In this document: positions 1 through 12,582 of the stretch, in pieces
How the letters are laid out: each line of letters opens with the position of its first letter
Position numbering within the stretch: position 1 is the stretch's first letter
Assembly (NCBI GenBank): GCA_032718475.1
Contig: JAUCBJ010000449.1
Span: 1 to 63,048 of the forward strand
Length of the DNA: 63,048 nucleotides
Direction: 5' to 3'
DNA from: Nemertoderma westbladi
Taxonomy: Eukaryota; Animalia; Xenacoelomorpha
Notes under the pieces: generated by a model
What the model saw: only the letters and a program-made list of their open reading frames with translations
Database searches by the model: none
What the model was told of the DNA's origin: nothing
Made by a program: the position numbers and the translations under genes

Positions 1-1
1 A

Positions 2-54
2 AGTACTCTGCGTTGATACCACTGCTTTAAGCAGTGGTATCAACGCAGAGTACT
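2..54. other. Library adapter dimer (SMART / PacBio ultra-low-input PCR primer), inverted pair; artefact
   Basis: 2-27 is the reverse complement of AAGCAGTGGTATCAACGCAGAGTACT and 29-54 is the forward copy. This is the well-known SMART/ULI primer. Confidence 0.97.
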
Positions 55-3000
55 CCTTACACTGCAACGCCACACCCCAAAGTGAGTTCCTTACACTACA
101 CTGCCACGCCCCAAAGTGAGTTCCTTACAAAGCACCGCCACACCCCAAAGTGAGTTCCTTACACTACACTGCCACACCCCAAAGTGAGTTCCTTACAAAG
201 CACCGCCACACCCCAAAGTGAGTTCCTTACAAAGCACCGCCACACCCCAAAGTGAGTTCCTTACAAAGCACCGCCACACCCCAAAGTGAGTTCCTTACAA
301 AGCACCGCCACACCCCAAAGTGAGTTCCTTACACTACACTGCCACACCCCAAAGTGAGTTCCTTACACTGCCACACCCCAAAGTGAGTTCCTTACACTGC
401 AACGCCACACCCCAAAGTGAGTTCCTTGCATTGCACCGCCACACCCCAAAGTGAGTTCCTTACATTGCACCGCCACACCCCAAAGTGAGTTCCTTACATT
501 GCACCGCCACACCCCAAAGTGAGTTCCCTACACTGCACCGCCACACCCCAAAGTGAGTTCCTTACACTGCACCGCCACACCCCAAAGTGAGTTCCTTAAA
601 CTACACTGCCACACCCCAAAGTGAGTTCCTTACACTACACTGCCACACCCCAAAGTGAGTTCCTTACACTGCACCGCCACACCCCAAAGTGAGTTCCTTA
701 CACTACACTGCCACACCCCAAAGTGAGTTCCTTACACTACACTGCCACACCCCAAAGTGAGTTCCTTACAAAGCACCGCCACACCCCAAAGTGAGTTCCT
801 TACACTACACTGCCACACCCCAAAGTGAGTTCCTTACACTACACTGCCACGCCCCAAAGTGAGTTCCTTACACTACACTGCCACACCCCAAAGTGAGTTC
901 CTCACACTACACTGCCACACCCCAAAGTGAGTTCCTTACACTGCAACGCCAAACCCCAAAGTGAGTTCCTTACACTACACTGCCACACCCCAAAGTGAGT
1001 TCCTTATAAAGCACCGCCACACCCCAAAGTGTGTTCCTTACACTACACTGCTACACCCCAAAGTGAGTTCCTTACACTACACTGCCACACCCCAAAGTGA
1101 GTTCCTTACACTGCAACGCCACACCCCAAAGTGAGTTCCTTACACTGCCACACCCCAAAGTGAGTTCCTTACACTGCAACGCCACTCCCCAAAGTGAGTT
1201 CCTTACACTACACTGCCACACCCCAAAGTGAGTTCCTTACAAAGCACTGCCACACCCCAAAGTGAGTTCCTTACACTAAACTGCCACGCCCCAAAGTGAG
1301 TTCCTTACACTGCACCGCCACACCCCAAAGTGAGTTCCTTACACTGCACCGCCACACCCCAAAGTGAGTTCCTTACAAAGCACCGCAACACCCCAAAGTG
1401 AGTTCCTTGCATTGCACCGCCACACCCAAGAGTGAGTTCCTTACAAAGCACCGCCACACCCCAAAGTGAGTTCCCTACACTGCACCGCCACACCCCAAAG
1501 TGAGTTCCTTACAAAGCACCGCCACACCCCAAAGTGAGTTCCTTACAATACACTGCCACACCCCAAAGTGAGTTCCTTACACTGCAACGCCACACCCCAA
1601 AGTGAGTTCCTTACACTACACTGCCACACCCCAAAGTGAGTTCCTTACAAAGCACCGCCACACCCCAAAGTGAGTTCCTTACACTACACTGCCACACCCC
1701 AAAGTGAGTTCCTTACACTGCCACACCCCAAAGTGAGTTCCTTACACTGCCACACCCCAAATTGAGTTCCTTACAAAGCACCGCCACACCCCAAAGTGAG
1801 TTCCTTACACTGCACCGCCACACCCCAAAGTGAGTTCCTTACACTGCACCGCCACACCCCAAAGTGAGTTCCTTACACTGCACCGCCACACCCCAAAGTG
1901 AGTTCCTTACAAAGCACCGCCACACCCCAAAGTGAGTTCCTTACACTACACTGCCACACCCCAAAGTGAGTTCCTTGCATTGCACCGCCACACCCCAAAG
2001 TGAGTTCCTTACTCTGCACCGCCACACCCCAAAGTGAGTTCCTTACAAAGCACCGGCACACCCCAAAGTGAGTTCCTTACACTACACTGCCACACCCCAA
2101 AGTGAGTTCCTTACACTGCCACACCCCAAATTGAGTTCCCTACAAAGCACCGCCACACCCCAAAGTGAGTTCCCTACACTGCACGGCCACACCCCAAAGT
2201 GAGTTCCCTACACTGCACCGCCACACCCCAAAGTGAGTTCCTTACACTGCACCGCCACACCCCAAAGTGAGTTCCTTACACTAGACTGCCACACCCCAAA
2301 TTAAGTTCCTTACACTGCCACACCCCAAAGTGAGTTCCTTACACTGCACCGCCACACCCCAAAGTGAGTTCCTTACACTACACTGCCACACCCCAAAGTG
2401 AGTTCCTTACAAAGCACCGCCACACCCCAAAGTGGGTTCCTTGCATTGCACCGCCACACCCCAAAGTAGTTCCTTGCATTGCACCGTCACACCCCAAAGT
2501 GAGTTCCTTACATTACACTGCCACACCCCAAAGTGAGTTCCTTACAAAGCACCGCCACACCCCAAAGTGAGTTCCTTACAAAGCACCGCCACACCCCAAA
2601 GTGAGTTCCTTACACTGCACCGCCACACCCCAAAGTGAGTTCCTTACAAAGCACCGCCACACCCCAAAGTGAGTTCCTTACAAAGCACCGCCACACCCCA
2701 AAGTGGGTTCCTTGCATTGCACCGCCACACCCCAAAGTGAGTTCCTTGCATTGCACCGTCACACCCCAAAGTGAGTTCCTTACATTACACCGCCACACCC
2801 CAAAGTGAGTTCCTTACACTACCCTGCCACACCCCAAAGTGAGTTCCTTACAAAGCACCGCCACACCCCAATTTGAGTTCCTTGCATTGCACCGCCACAC
2901 CCCAAAGTGAGTTCCTTACACTGCACCGCCACACCCCAAAGTGAGTTCCTTACAAAGCACCGCCACACCCCAAAGTGAGTTCCTTACACTACACTGCCAC

Positions 3001-5558
3001 ACCCCAAAGTGAGTTCCTTACACTACACTGCCACACCCCATAGTGATTTCCTTACACTACACTGCCACACCCCAAAGTGAGTTCCTTGCATTGCACCGTC
3101 ACACCGCAAAGTGAGTTCCTTACATTGCACCGCCACACACCAAAGTGCGTTCCTTACAAAGCACCGCCACACCCCAAAGTGAGTTCCTTACAAAGCACCG
3201 CCACACCCCAAAGTGAGTTCCCTACACTGCACCGCCACACCCCAAAGTGAATTCCTTACAAAGCACCGCCACACCCCCAAAGTGAGTTCCTTACACTACA
3301 CTGCCACACCCCAAAGTGAGTTCCTTACACTGCAACGCCACACCCCAAAGTGAGTTCCTTACACTACACTGCCACACCCCAAAGTGAGTTCCTTACAAAG
3401 CACCGCCACACCCCAAAGTGAGTTCCTTACACTACACTGCCACACCCCAAAGTGAGTTCCTTACACTGCCACACCCCAAAGTGAGTTCCTTACACTGCAA
3501 CGCCACACCCCAAGGTGAGTTCCTTACACTACACTGCCACACCCCAAAGTGAGTTCCTTACAAAGCACCGCCACACCCCAAAGTGAGTTCCTTACACTAC
3601 ACTGCCACACCCCAAAGTGAGTTCCTTACACTACACTGCCACACCCCAAAGTGAGTTCCTTACACTACACTGCCACACCCCAAAGTGAGTTCCTTGCATT
3701 GCACCGTCACACCCCAAAGTGAGTTCCTTACATTGCACCGCCACACCCCAAAGTGCGTTCCTTACAAAGCACCGCCACACCCCAAAGTGAGTTCCTTACA
3801 CTAGACTGCCACACCCCAAATTAAGTTCCTTACACTGCCACACCCCAAAGTGAGTTCCTTACACTGCACCGCCACACCCCAAAGTGAGTTCCTTACACTA
3901 CACTGCCACACCCCAAAGTGAGTTCCTTACAAAGCACCGCCACACCCCAAAGTGGGTTCCTTGCATTGCACCGCCACACCCCAAAGTAGTTCCTTGCATT
4001 GCACCGTCACACCCCAAAGTGAGTTCCTTACATTACACTGCCACACCCCAAAGTGAGTTCCTTACAAAGCACCGCCACACCCCAAAGTGAGTTCCTTACA
4101 AAGCACCGCCACACCCCAAAGTGAGTTCCTTACACTGCACCGCCACACCCCAAAGTGAGTTCCTTACAAAGCACCGCCACACCCCAAAGTGAGTTCCTTA
4201 CAAAGCACCGCCACACCCCAAAGTGGGTTCCTTGCATTGCACCGCCACACCCCAAAGTGAGTTCCTTGCATTGCACCGTCACACCCCAAAGTGAGTTCCT
4301 TACATTACACCGCCACACCCCAAAGTGAGTTCCTTACACTACCCTGCCACACCCCAAAGTGAGTTCCTTACAAAGCACCGCCACACCCCAATTTGAGTTC
4401 CTTGCATTGCACCGCCACACCCCAAAGTGAGTTCCTTACACTGCACCGCCACACCCCAAAGTGAGTTCCTTACAAAGCACCGCCACACCCCAAAGTGAGT
4501 TCCTTACACTACACTGCCACACCCCAAAGTGAGTTCCTTACACTACACTGCCACACCCCATAGTGAGTTCCTTACACTACACTGCCACACCCCAAAGTGA
4601 GTTCCTTGCATTGCACCGTCACACCGCAAAGTGAGTTCCTTACATTGCACCGCCACACACCAAAGTGCGTTCCTTACAAAGCACCGCCACACCCCAAAGT
4701 GAGTTCCTTACAAAGCACCGCCACACCCCAAAGTGAGTTCCCTACACTGCACCGCCACACCCCAAAGTGAGTTCCTTACAAAGCACCGCCACACCCCCAA
4801 AGTGAGTTCCTTACACTACACTGCCACACCCCAAAGTGAGTTCCTTACACTGCACCGCCACACCCCAAAGTGAGTTCCTTACACTACACTGCCACACCCC
4901 AAAGTGAGTTCCTTACACTAGCACCGCCACACCCCAAAGTGAGTTCCTTACACTACACTGCCACACCCCAAAGTGAGTTCCTTACACGCCACACCCCAAA
5001 GTGAGTTCCTTACACTGCAACGCCACACCCCAAAGTGAGTTCCTTACACTACACTGCCACACCCCAAAGTGAGTTCCTTACAAAGCACCGCCACACCCCC
5101 AAAGTGAGTTCCTTACACTACACTGCCACACCCCAAAGTGAGTTCCTTACACTGCAACGCCACACCCCAAAGTGAGTTCCTTACACTACACTGCCACACC
5201 CCAAAGTGAGTTCCTTACAAAGCACCGCCACACTCCAAAGTGAGTTCCTTACACTACACTGCCACACCCCAAAGTGAGTTCCTTACAATGCCACACCCCA
5301 AAGTGAGTTCCTTACAAAGCACCGCCACACCCCAAAGTGAGTTCCTTACACTACACTGCCACACCCCAAAGTGAGTTCCTTACACTACACTGCCACACCC
5401 CAAAGTGAGTTCCTTACACTACACTGCCACACCCCAAAGTGAGTTCCTTGCATTGCACCGTCACACCCCAAAGTGAGTTCCTTACATTGCACCGCCACAC
5501 CCCAAAGTGCGTTCCTTACAAAGCACCGCCACACCCCAAAGTGAGTTCCTTACACTGC
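55..5558 (+). repeat. 34-bp minisatellite, ~160 copies, probably intronic in the CEP350-like gene
   Basis: Unit GCCACACCCCAAAGTGAGTTCCTTACA[CTACACT/CTGCACC/AAGCACC/TTGCACC], with 29-bp deletion variants. A higher-order block repeats at offset 1520 (CTAGACTG...TTAAG at 2281 and 3801). Confidence 0.97.
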
Positions 5559-6234
5559 GCGACACCGACAAACCAAAATTTTTGTTATTTAGAAAGAAAA
5601 TTGTTCACATGTAAGCCGTAGGTGGGCGTAGGGGTCCCTCAAGCATCTTAATAAAATAATCGATATAAATTGACAATAGGTGCGATGAGGCTCTAATGAT
5701 GAGAATACCAGAACAGTTATAGACATTTTGAATATTCAATTCTACTCTGTTACGAAAGTATTCAAACATAAATCGATCATCGCGAGTCGATTGAGCCTAA
5801 GATTAGCGCAATATGAGTTTCATTACAGCAATGCACTCTAACACATTAAAGGGCGATAGATAATGTAGTCAAGATGTTATTGAGGGTGGCGATTTCCTCT
5901 GGAGTATATAAGTTCACATTCAGTACACGTTTGTTATCGGATAGAATCTTTACCGAACAGTATCGGTATTTTTGCCAGGAAAAGTCAACCCTTTGTATTT
6001 CTGGGAGTATTTTTCTCACGCCGGGACAAAAAGAGCAATCCTAGATTCTGAAACTTCATTTTATGTTCGGGGTAGAAATGTAATTTAATAATAAAAACCT
6101 ATTTATTACCCACTAACGTAATCGTCTCCATTAATTTGAGGCATTATGTCAAACTTAAACTAAATTTCAACATGACCTACTGTGGACATTGTGGACACTA
6201 TGGTCTGGTAACATCTTTTTAATTTCATTTTCAG

Positions 6235-9200
6235 GTCCGACTTCAGTTGGAGTTAAACCCAAAATGTACCCTACGATGACTTCCCCGCCTGTGATTTCTC
6301 CTGTACGACCCCGGGTGAGCCACGAGACCAGCCCAAGAACGCCCACGCAACGCACGGATTCCGCTTCCGAGATGAGAAGCAGTCCCGACGATGACGTAAT
6401 GCGAGGGAGAAAGAAACGATCGGAACCGCTGAGCCCGGAGTTCCACTTGGCGAACGTTCGGGAGGCCGTGGAGAAACTCATCAGCGAGTCGACGGAGGAG
6501 GGAGAACGGTCGCTGCAGGACAGTGTGGTACCTCGGCGGTACAGCCCGCGCTCGCTCGAACACCGACTCCACGCCGAACTCAACATGATGGAGAGTTTAA
6601 ACGAGTCCGAGCGACAACTAGCGGACGTTGAACGGGCGCGGTTCGACGCGCGAAGTCTCGCCTACCTACTGGAGGGTCGCGGCGTGAAACCGGTCCCGGA
6701 ACCCGGGATCCCGGGCTACGTTACCACCACTGAGGAGTTGCTCCAACTGCATCGAGACGCCGCCCACGCCTCCTTACTCTCCGCCAGGGAACTCAAGGAA
6801 GCCCGTAAGGCCCTCAGTAAGATGGCCCGGAGTCCACCGAAGGGAGGGACTCCTCGAAGGTTTCCGTCCCACGAGAGTTTCTCCTCGTTGAGTGCCACTC
6901 CCGAGAGGCGAGTTGCGTCGCCAGTTTCAGCGATGTCGCCACCCGCTGTCACGCGAGTCTCAGATCGCTTCGACAGTTCTCATTCCCGGCGCAAAGAGGC
7001 ATCTGGCGAGACGTCCATACCGGAACAACTCGAGTTCTCGGTGAGCACGGAGAGTCTGCGAACCGTGGAGAGTATCTCGGAAGATATTGCCAGCGGCAGC
7101 TCCCATCCCCAGTACACAATGAAGTTCGATGACAGTGCATCGCGAGCAAAGACAAGGTCCAACGCCACTACCGGTTCCATCTCAATGGCTGAGTCTTCTG
7201 CGATAGACACAGACTCTCTGTTTAATGTTCTCATTGACAAAGAGAAAGCACTAAACGGTAAATCTGAAGCGGAATACGATTGGCTGGTTTTCATTAAGAG
7301 GGAATACAGAGATGCTGGCAATGAGGATCAAGTGACTTCCATAAAGAAGCGACAACGAGCGTTAGCATTGAAACTGAAACAAGATCAACAAGATGTTTAT
7401 CGTTTGAAAACTAGGAATCTGAATCCGAGAGAAGAACGTCAGATAATTAACGAAGAACGCGATGCGATCACTGTATTAAACGAAGCTAGAACGAAGTTTA
7501 TCAATAAATTAAATAAAGCGAAGATAAGCCAGACTCATAGTTCGTTGGAATCGGGGTCAACACCTGGCGACCATGAGAGGTCGTTGTCTCCGGTTGGAAA
7601 ACCCGGTGATTTTATGACGGGCGGAAAAGATGGAGAGTCGGACACTGAAAGCGAAATCCGCAAGAAGATTAAGAACATCCAGTATTCCGAGAAGTTTCTC
7701 TCCTTGAGGGAAAAGACTCTGAAGAAACGAATGAGCGACGCTGAGAAGTTGATCCAATGGCGTCGAGTCTTAGATACCGAGGAGAAAAACGTTCGCGAAT
7801 TGGAAAAGAAAGCCGTGAAGGTTTGGGAATACGGAGGCGATAAATCGATGTCAGTGTTGGCGCGCGGGAAGGGCAAGGCACCCAAAGATGAGGACCCAGA
7901 TGCTGATGGTCTAGATGCTTCCAAACATCATAGCAACACAGAGAGTTCAATCGTCGAGGAAATTGTTGGATCCAGCCCCGATATGAAGACCTCGCCGGGG
8001 GTGAGTTCGGACGATGCTTTCAATCCTAGTTCTCGGGAGGATGAGGTGCCGAGTTCAACTCCTTCCCCATCGAAAAGCTCCATGCCGAGCAGTCGGTTCA
8101 TCACAAATGGAGGCCTCGTTCCCGCGGATCTCAACACTCGGTCACCCTTGTTGCGTCGGCGACGGGAGTCTGGAGAGGGTGGCAGCCTCAGCGACGATTC
8201 CTTCTGTCATTCGGAAGCCGCTTCCGATCAAAGCGACATCGAGGGCAGGATCCGAGCGATGAAACTCGAGTTGAAACGGAGAGAACAAGAAGCTGGTCGC
8301 CTCAAGCGGGAACAGAAGAAAACCAAACGCGAACGGTTAAAGCAGAAGGAGGATAGTCTGAAGAAGCAACTGCAAGCCTATGAGACGCTGATAGAGAAAA
8401 CAAAAGCGAAGATCGAGCAGGAAGTTCTTCAAGATTCGGTTAAACCGGTGATCAAACATCCAAAGGCCGTCGGATCTAAAGCTATCCATCAGGAGCTTCG
8501 ACGAGCAAAGTCTGATCCCGAAGTTCCATTGAAGAATTTTGTAGAATACGAAAGAAAGTCACCAATTGCGGGTCTGATCGTGTCAACCAGCCCCACTGTG
8601 GACTCGTCTATCTCAGAAGCTGAGGCTATTCGGCCGGAAAGTGAGAAAAGCGATTCGGTTCTTCGTAGTATCTCGAAAGAGGATAAACCTAGTTCACCGG
8701 ATCGTTCTAAAACGAAAACCGAGCAGTCATACAGCGCAGATTTCGAGGAGGCTGATAGTTCCAACATTAGTGAGGAGTTGAGCATCCACAGTGGGACGAG
8801 TGTCGAGCAGCCTGAAAGCACCGGTGTATTCTTTGACTTCAATGCTCCTCTCGAAGGAGAGAGAGATGATACACCAACGCCAACTGGAGCCCTGGAAGCT
8901 GGCACGGAGGAAGCAGCGAACGAAGTTAAAGAAGTTTCAGAGGCCTTTGATGACACCTCTAGAGATATCAGCATTGGTGATGGTGTTGCAGTGACTGGAA
9001 CACAAAGTGATCCGTCCCGCCCTACACCAGTCGCCAAGTCTGGAAGAAAATCTTCGATTACCAGTTCGAGCGATGATGAAGCGGTGTCGGCGGTGGAAGT
9101 CAGCGATCCCATAAAGATTGCCGTGATCTGTAGTGATAGCGACGACCTTGCCAAACCGAACGTCCACCACACAGTCACCTTCGCCCGAGCCCCACAACCC

Positions 9201-10280
9201 CAGAAAGCGGAAATTGTCGTTTTGTCTGAATTAGACGACGATGAAGTAGGTGTTGTTGTGGATCGCGTAGTGAAGGCCGTGGATGAGTCGGTTGTTGATG
9301 AAACAGTTAAGCAAATTATCGATTCCAAATCGCTTATCGACGGCAGTGTCCCTCCTCTAGAGTTGAAAGATTCAGATGATGATGAGTTCACCATCATTGG
9401 CTTGAAAGAGTTAGAAGGTAAGAAGGAAGCAATTCGTCCGAAATCCCCGGTCCCGCAACTAACCAGTCAAGATTTCAAGCAGCTGGATGTCGATATAGGA
9501 GAAGTCGTTGGGAGCTCGGAACTGGAGGAGGAGTGGTTCGACGACGACTTCGGGATCAGTCGTTATCGCGCCGCCAAGTTGCCACTCCGTGGGACAACGA
9601 CAGCCCTCGAGGTTGGAAGTCCTCGACCCACGGGAAAGCTGATGCCGTTCTCAGCAGTCGATAAACACATCGATATTAAACGCCGCATCGAGGAATCCGA
9701 ACCCTTCTTCGTTGTGCCGCATAAACCGGAGGAGATTCGCTCGTTGGTCTCCGAAATGGTCGGGTTGTTGTGGGAGAGGCGGAAATCCGGATCCTCGATG
9801 GACGAGATTCCGTCGGCGTTGAGCGGCCCCAGACCCCCGGGGCTTGAGGAACACAGCCAGAAGTCCTACAAACTCTTTATATTTAATCTAACTCGAGAGA
9901 TATTCGCGGATATTTACCCGAAGGACGGGACGGGCGAACCGTGGCCGGTTTCCGCGAGACAACGGCTGCACCACAACGGCCGACCCCCGGCCTCTCTACA
10001 CCGTCTCGTCCCTTTAATACAGAATCGGGTACTCAGTTTACTTAGTTTCGATGAGGGGTCTCCGGAATCCAACTCGCAGGTGATGAAGTTTGGTCGGAAA
10101 CGTCGGGACACAGTCGATCGGATCCTCATGTTGGAACTCCGGGAAGAGGAACGACTTTGGGTTAATTACGAGGAAGACGAGTTGGCCGTAAAGACCCAAC
10201 TGTCCAATGCTGTACTCGATTCACTATTAAACGAAACAGCTAAACTCATTCTAAAAATACACGAATCAAAACACACATAA
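6235..10280 (+). CDS. CEP350: Terminal coding exon of centrosome-associated protein 350-like gene (N-terminal exons not in window)
   Basis: Long ORF with blocks I recognise from CEP350: RYSPRSLEHRLHAEL...ESERQLADVER (~6537), SDQSDIEGRIRAMKLEL...KKQLQAYETLI coiled coil (~8223), and C-terminal RRDTVDRILMLELREEERLWVNYEEDELAVKTQL (DUF4378-type, ~10101). Acceptor TTTTTAATTTCATTTTCAG ends at 6234 (phase 1). Stop TAA at 10278-10280, followed by an AT-rich 3' region. Confidence 0.88.
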
Positions 10281-10860
10281 CGGACATATCATTTATACAC
10301 TTTTTGAGTTTATTTTTGCGTTTTTTTTTTTTTTATTTTACTCCAGCTATTATGTATAGTTTTTTTTGCAAATTTGCGTGTTATTTAAACACTAGTTATT
10401 ATTGTTATATTGTTTGAAATGTAGTTTTATATAAATCGCGAAGTGTTAGCATTGCTGCAAATTTATAATTTAATTGTAAAACAGTTTTTATTACCACACA
10501 TTAACAGTTAAGTATTAAGTATGGTTTTAATAGTAAATAGTAATGTAATTATTTATTGTATGTTTTTAAATTTTAAATTTTAAACGCGAAATTTTTGGAG
10601 CCTTGTGTATTATTGTAATAATTATAATATTCCTACCATTTTCTGGTCATTATTATTATTTTGATATTGTATTTTTGTGAATCGTTTTATTATTTTAATT
10701 ATTTGTAATGGTAATATTTATTAACTAAGTTTTATTTATTAACCATTCAAAAGTTTACTCGATATGAAATATTGATATTGATTTACACCGAACACAATTT
10801 TTAATTATGCTTTATTTGTACCGAAACAGATTTATTCCCGAGTTGTTTGAGTTGATACGG

Positions 10861-11541
10861 ATGGAAAGCTGGCCATACAAGGATTCCAAATATGGAAAGC
10901 TGGCCATACAAGGATTCCAAATATGGAAAGCTGGCCATACAAGGATTCCAAATATGGAAAGTGGCCATACAAGGATTCCAAATATGGAAAGATGGCCATA
11001 CAAGGATTCCAAATATGGAAAGATGGCCATACAAGGATTCCAAATATGGAAAGCTGACCATACAAGGATTCCAAATATGGAAAGATGGCCATACAAGGAT
11101 TCCAAATATGGAAAGATGGCCATACAAGGATTCCAAATATGGAAAGCTGGCCAAACAAGGATTCCAAATATGGACAGATTGCCATACAAGGATTCCAAAT
11201 ATGAAAAGCCGGCCATACAAGGATTCCAAATATGGAAAGATGGCCATACAAGGATTCCAAATATGGAAAGATTGCCATACAAGGATTCCAAATATGGAAA
11301 GCTGGCCAAACAAGGATTCCAAATATGGAAAGATTGCCATACAAGGATTCAAAATATGAAAAGCCGGCCATACAAGGATTCCAAATATGGAAAGATGGCC
11401 ATACAAGGATTCCAAATATGGAAAGATGGCCATACAAGGATTCCAAATATGGAAAGCTGGCATACAAGGATTCCAAATATGGAAAGCTGGCTATACAAGG
11501 ATTCCAAATATGGAAAGCTGGACATACAAGGATTCCAAATA
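10861..11541. repeat. 31-bp minisatellite, ~22 copies
   Basis: Unit TATGGAAAGCTGGCCATACAAGGATTCCAAA. The long ORFs in all six frames are by-products of a stop-free unit. Confidence 0.96.
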
Positions 11542-12582
11542 GATAAAAAAACATGAATTTCTATGAGATATAGATGAGATTGGGTGTTTAGTGAGATATT
11601 AATTATTATTTAGCTGAGCATTTAAACTCTTGTTTCTTCATTACGCGTAATTAAAATAAAATAAAGATAAAATAAACGTTAGAATTACATCGATTTACGT
11701 CTCAAAATTGACATCTGGCTCAAACTCGCAAACAGTGGCCAAAAAGTTTCCCACACGATTCGACTTAATTTTAGAATGAAATTTTTTTTGGAACCTAGTA
11801 AAGTTATATATATTTTTAAAGATAATTTTATGGTCCAACAGATACACAAAAAATCATACTGCCACTCCTCCGACTTTGAAAGATTTTACAGATGTTTTAG
11901 TACTAAAAAATGCAGGTTTTTCAATTGTCCTAATAAAGTTCATCGTATTCTGATGGATGTATTTTGACATCTACTGTGTGTATTTCAACAAGTTATAGCT
12001 CATTTTAAAGCTAAATAATAGAGAAATGCAATGGAATAACTCCCAAATTGTTTTATTGGAATCAAATTGAGATACAACTACATACAAAATGTACCTATTT
12101 TTAACAATTACTTGTCCCAAACGGTAACACCTGAATTCACCAAAAGGTTTTTATTGGGATTCTATAAACTAAATTCTTATTATAAAGAAGTTATGAAGTT
12201 GAACGTTCCAGATTTTACGAAAAAATACAAAACATAACCGGAGATATGGTGGTTTTATGCGTGCGAGTCGATTATGTCAATTAGGATTGTCCCATGTGTA
12301 ACGCCAAGTGAATTGCTTTACCATGTCCTAGAATCAGTTCTAACAAACTTGATATGAAGATTCTAATATCAGCAGATAGCCCAGATATTGGTCTTTTGTG
12401 TGGTTAATAGTTGTAGCAATAAATTAACTGTGGAATAGACTTAGACTTAGACGTAGCTTTTACATTAATCAGCATGTGCTTTGTCCCACCTGTAACACAA
12501 AAAATCGTTACAGGGCGGGACGTCCCACATGTAACATGTAAATCGAATAATTTTAGGCTACAGAGTGTGGGACATGTCTCAC

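Noticed and set aside
55-5558. CRISPR-like array
   Set aside because: Units are contiguous with only a ~7-nt recurrent variable window. There are no unique spacers or cas genes, and the context is eukaryotic.
1305-5621. Short ORFs in the 34-bp array
   Set aside because: They are translations of a non-triplet repeat with non-ATG starts and frame-cycling peptides.
6189-6234. ORF-track N-terminus of the 1363-aa ORF
   Set aside because: It has a TTG start and reads through a polypyrimidine tract and AG, so it is intronic. The same applies to 17716-17773 of the TIR ORF.
6167-10129. Antisense and alternate-frame ORFs over CEP350
   Set aside because: They are shadows of the real coding strand with no recognisable domains.
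10801-11556. ORFs of 104-249 aa across the 31-bp repeat
   Set aside because: The stop-free 31-bp unit opens all frames. It also lacks a GTRAGT donor (only GTATGG on -), so it is not counted in the donor-repeat pattern.
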